From NCBI RefSeq assembly GCF_006345805.1, contig NW_021828659.1:1-7819 (forward strand): 7,819 nt of DNA, read 5' to 3'. A model generated the notes under the pieces. It did no database searches. It was not told the DNA's origin and was given only the letters and a program-made list of their open reading frames with translations. The DNA is from Octopus sinensis. Taxonomy: Eukaryota. Made by a program: the position numbers and the translations under genes. Of the stretch, positions 6,894 to 7,819 are shown piece by piece (the stretch's first letter is position 1; the number at the start of each line of letters is the position of its first letter).

Positions 6894-7240
6894 ACGTAAG
6901 GTATACTAGCCATCTCACTATGGCTAACCACTAAGGGTGGGTGTTAATGTAGCTTTTTAGCCCCAGGAGGTCATCGTCTCCAGCTGGCTTTAGGCACACT
7001 TTCTGTGCCCTTATGGTAGAGATCATCGTCTCCAGCTGGCTTTAGGTACACTTTCTGTGCCCTTATGGTATTATGCAAATACCATAAGGGCACAGAAAGT
7101 GTGCCTAAAGCCAGCTGGAGACGATGATCTCCTGGGGCTACAAGCTACAGTAACACCCCTCCTTTGTGGTTAGCCATATTGAGATGGCTATTGTACCTTG
7201 CAGTTACTGTTTACATCTCGTTCAGAGATTTACTATTGCT
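6894..7240 (+). mobile_element. Palindromic element with unpaired 3' tail and 13-bp TSD, copy 2 (candidate Penelope-like inverted-pLTR insertion)
   Basis: Perfect direct repeat TAAGTAATATTTA at 6881-6893 and 7241-7253. Arms 6894-7072 and 7078-~7204, loop ATGCA (7073-7077), 52-bp tandem duplication in the left arm, ~36-39-nt unpaired tail ending AGAGATTTACTATTGCT. Confidence 0.7.
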
Positions 7241-7289
7241 TAAGTAATATTTAGTTTTCTTATTACTGCCATTTCACTTCCATTGAGCT

Positions 7290-7317
7290 GCCCTTTTGAT
7301 TTTAAAATCAAAAGGGC
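7290..7317. repeat. Perfect 28-bp palindrome with no spacer
   Basis: GCCCTTTTGATTTT|AAAATCAAAAGGGC. Confidence 0.95.
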
Positions 7318-7714
7318 GCATTTTTCGAATTTTAAAGTTGTAAGACTTTGTGTCTGGAGTGTAGTGGTTCTCAACCATTTTCTGGCGAAGGTAAAGTGCG
7401 AACACATGACACACCAGACGAATGTGAACTATCCGGCGTTTTTTTTTTTTTTTTTGCTTTTTGAAAGCGGAGAGGTGATGGGTGGGGGAAGAGGCCTTAA
7501 ATGTTTCTTTCAGAAAAATTTAAATTAAAAATAAAGAAAGAATTCTCAAAAATTCGTAATCACTGTATTTTGATACGTGAGTAAAAAAAAAAAAAAAGAA
7601 TTCGAAAAAAAAGATAAGAATTAAGAAATTGGCAGGTGAGGATTAGAATTCTGAAAACGTGATTTTGCGGTGAAATCGTATTCTTCCATATCGAAAACAG
7701 AATTCCGAAGAACG

Positions 7715-7819
7715 TTTACTCTTTTACTTGCTTAAGTCATCTGACTGCGGCCATGCTGGAGCACCGGGACTTATCCTTTGAAAGCCTACTACTTATTCTA
7801 TCGGTCTCCTTTTGCCGAA
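7715..7819 (-). mobile_element. SINE family A, 3' end (continues off the right edge), with 25-bp internal deletion
   Basis: TTTACTCTTTTACTTGCTTAAGTCATCTGACTGCGGCCATGCTGGAGCACCG|GGACTTATCC...TTTTGCCGAA aligns with 1642-1770, lacking CCTTTAGTCGACCAAATCGATCCCA between 7766 and 7767. Confidence 0.9.

Noticed and set aside
6961-7135. CRISPR-like or spacer-containing array
   Set aside because: Only two adjacent 52-bp units with no spacers, in eukaryotic repeat context with no cas-like ORF.
7362-7376. TAGTGGTTCTCAACC resembling a hAT/Charlie terminus (CAGTGGTTCTCAACC)
   Set aside because: First base mismatched, no partner TIR or 8-bp TSD found in the window.

Overview
AT-rich, repeat-dense eukaryotic non-coding DNA (intergenic or intronic). 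No intact gene, RNA gene or CRISPR array is supported. The SINE families resemble the tRNA-derived SINEs I associate with octopus genomes, so a cephalopod origin is likely (inference from recall, no search run). Left half: one heavily decayed RTE-clade LINE. Its reverse-transcriptase part lies on the minus strand (1-~2470) and its endonuclease/linker part on the plus strand (~2475-3830), so the element appears to carry a 5' inversion. Four younger elements sit inside it: a 370-bp Helitron-type element inserted in the YxDD codons of a locally duplicated RT segment, two SINEs, and an internally deleted mariner. Right half: a ~415-bp foldback element, (TA)n/(CA)n microsatellites, more SINE copies (one chimeric, one with a 13-bp TSD), a perfect 28-bp palindrome, and two related palindromic elements with a short unpaired 3' tail (one with a perfect 13-bp TSD). 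These two fit a Penelope-like inverted-pLTR-plus-tail architecture and are the most interesting feature. Nearly all ORFs in the supplied track are spurious; 2874-3104 is a mariner transposase fragment.
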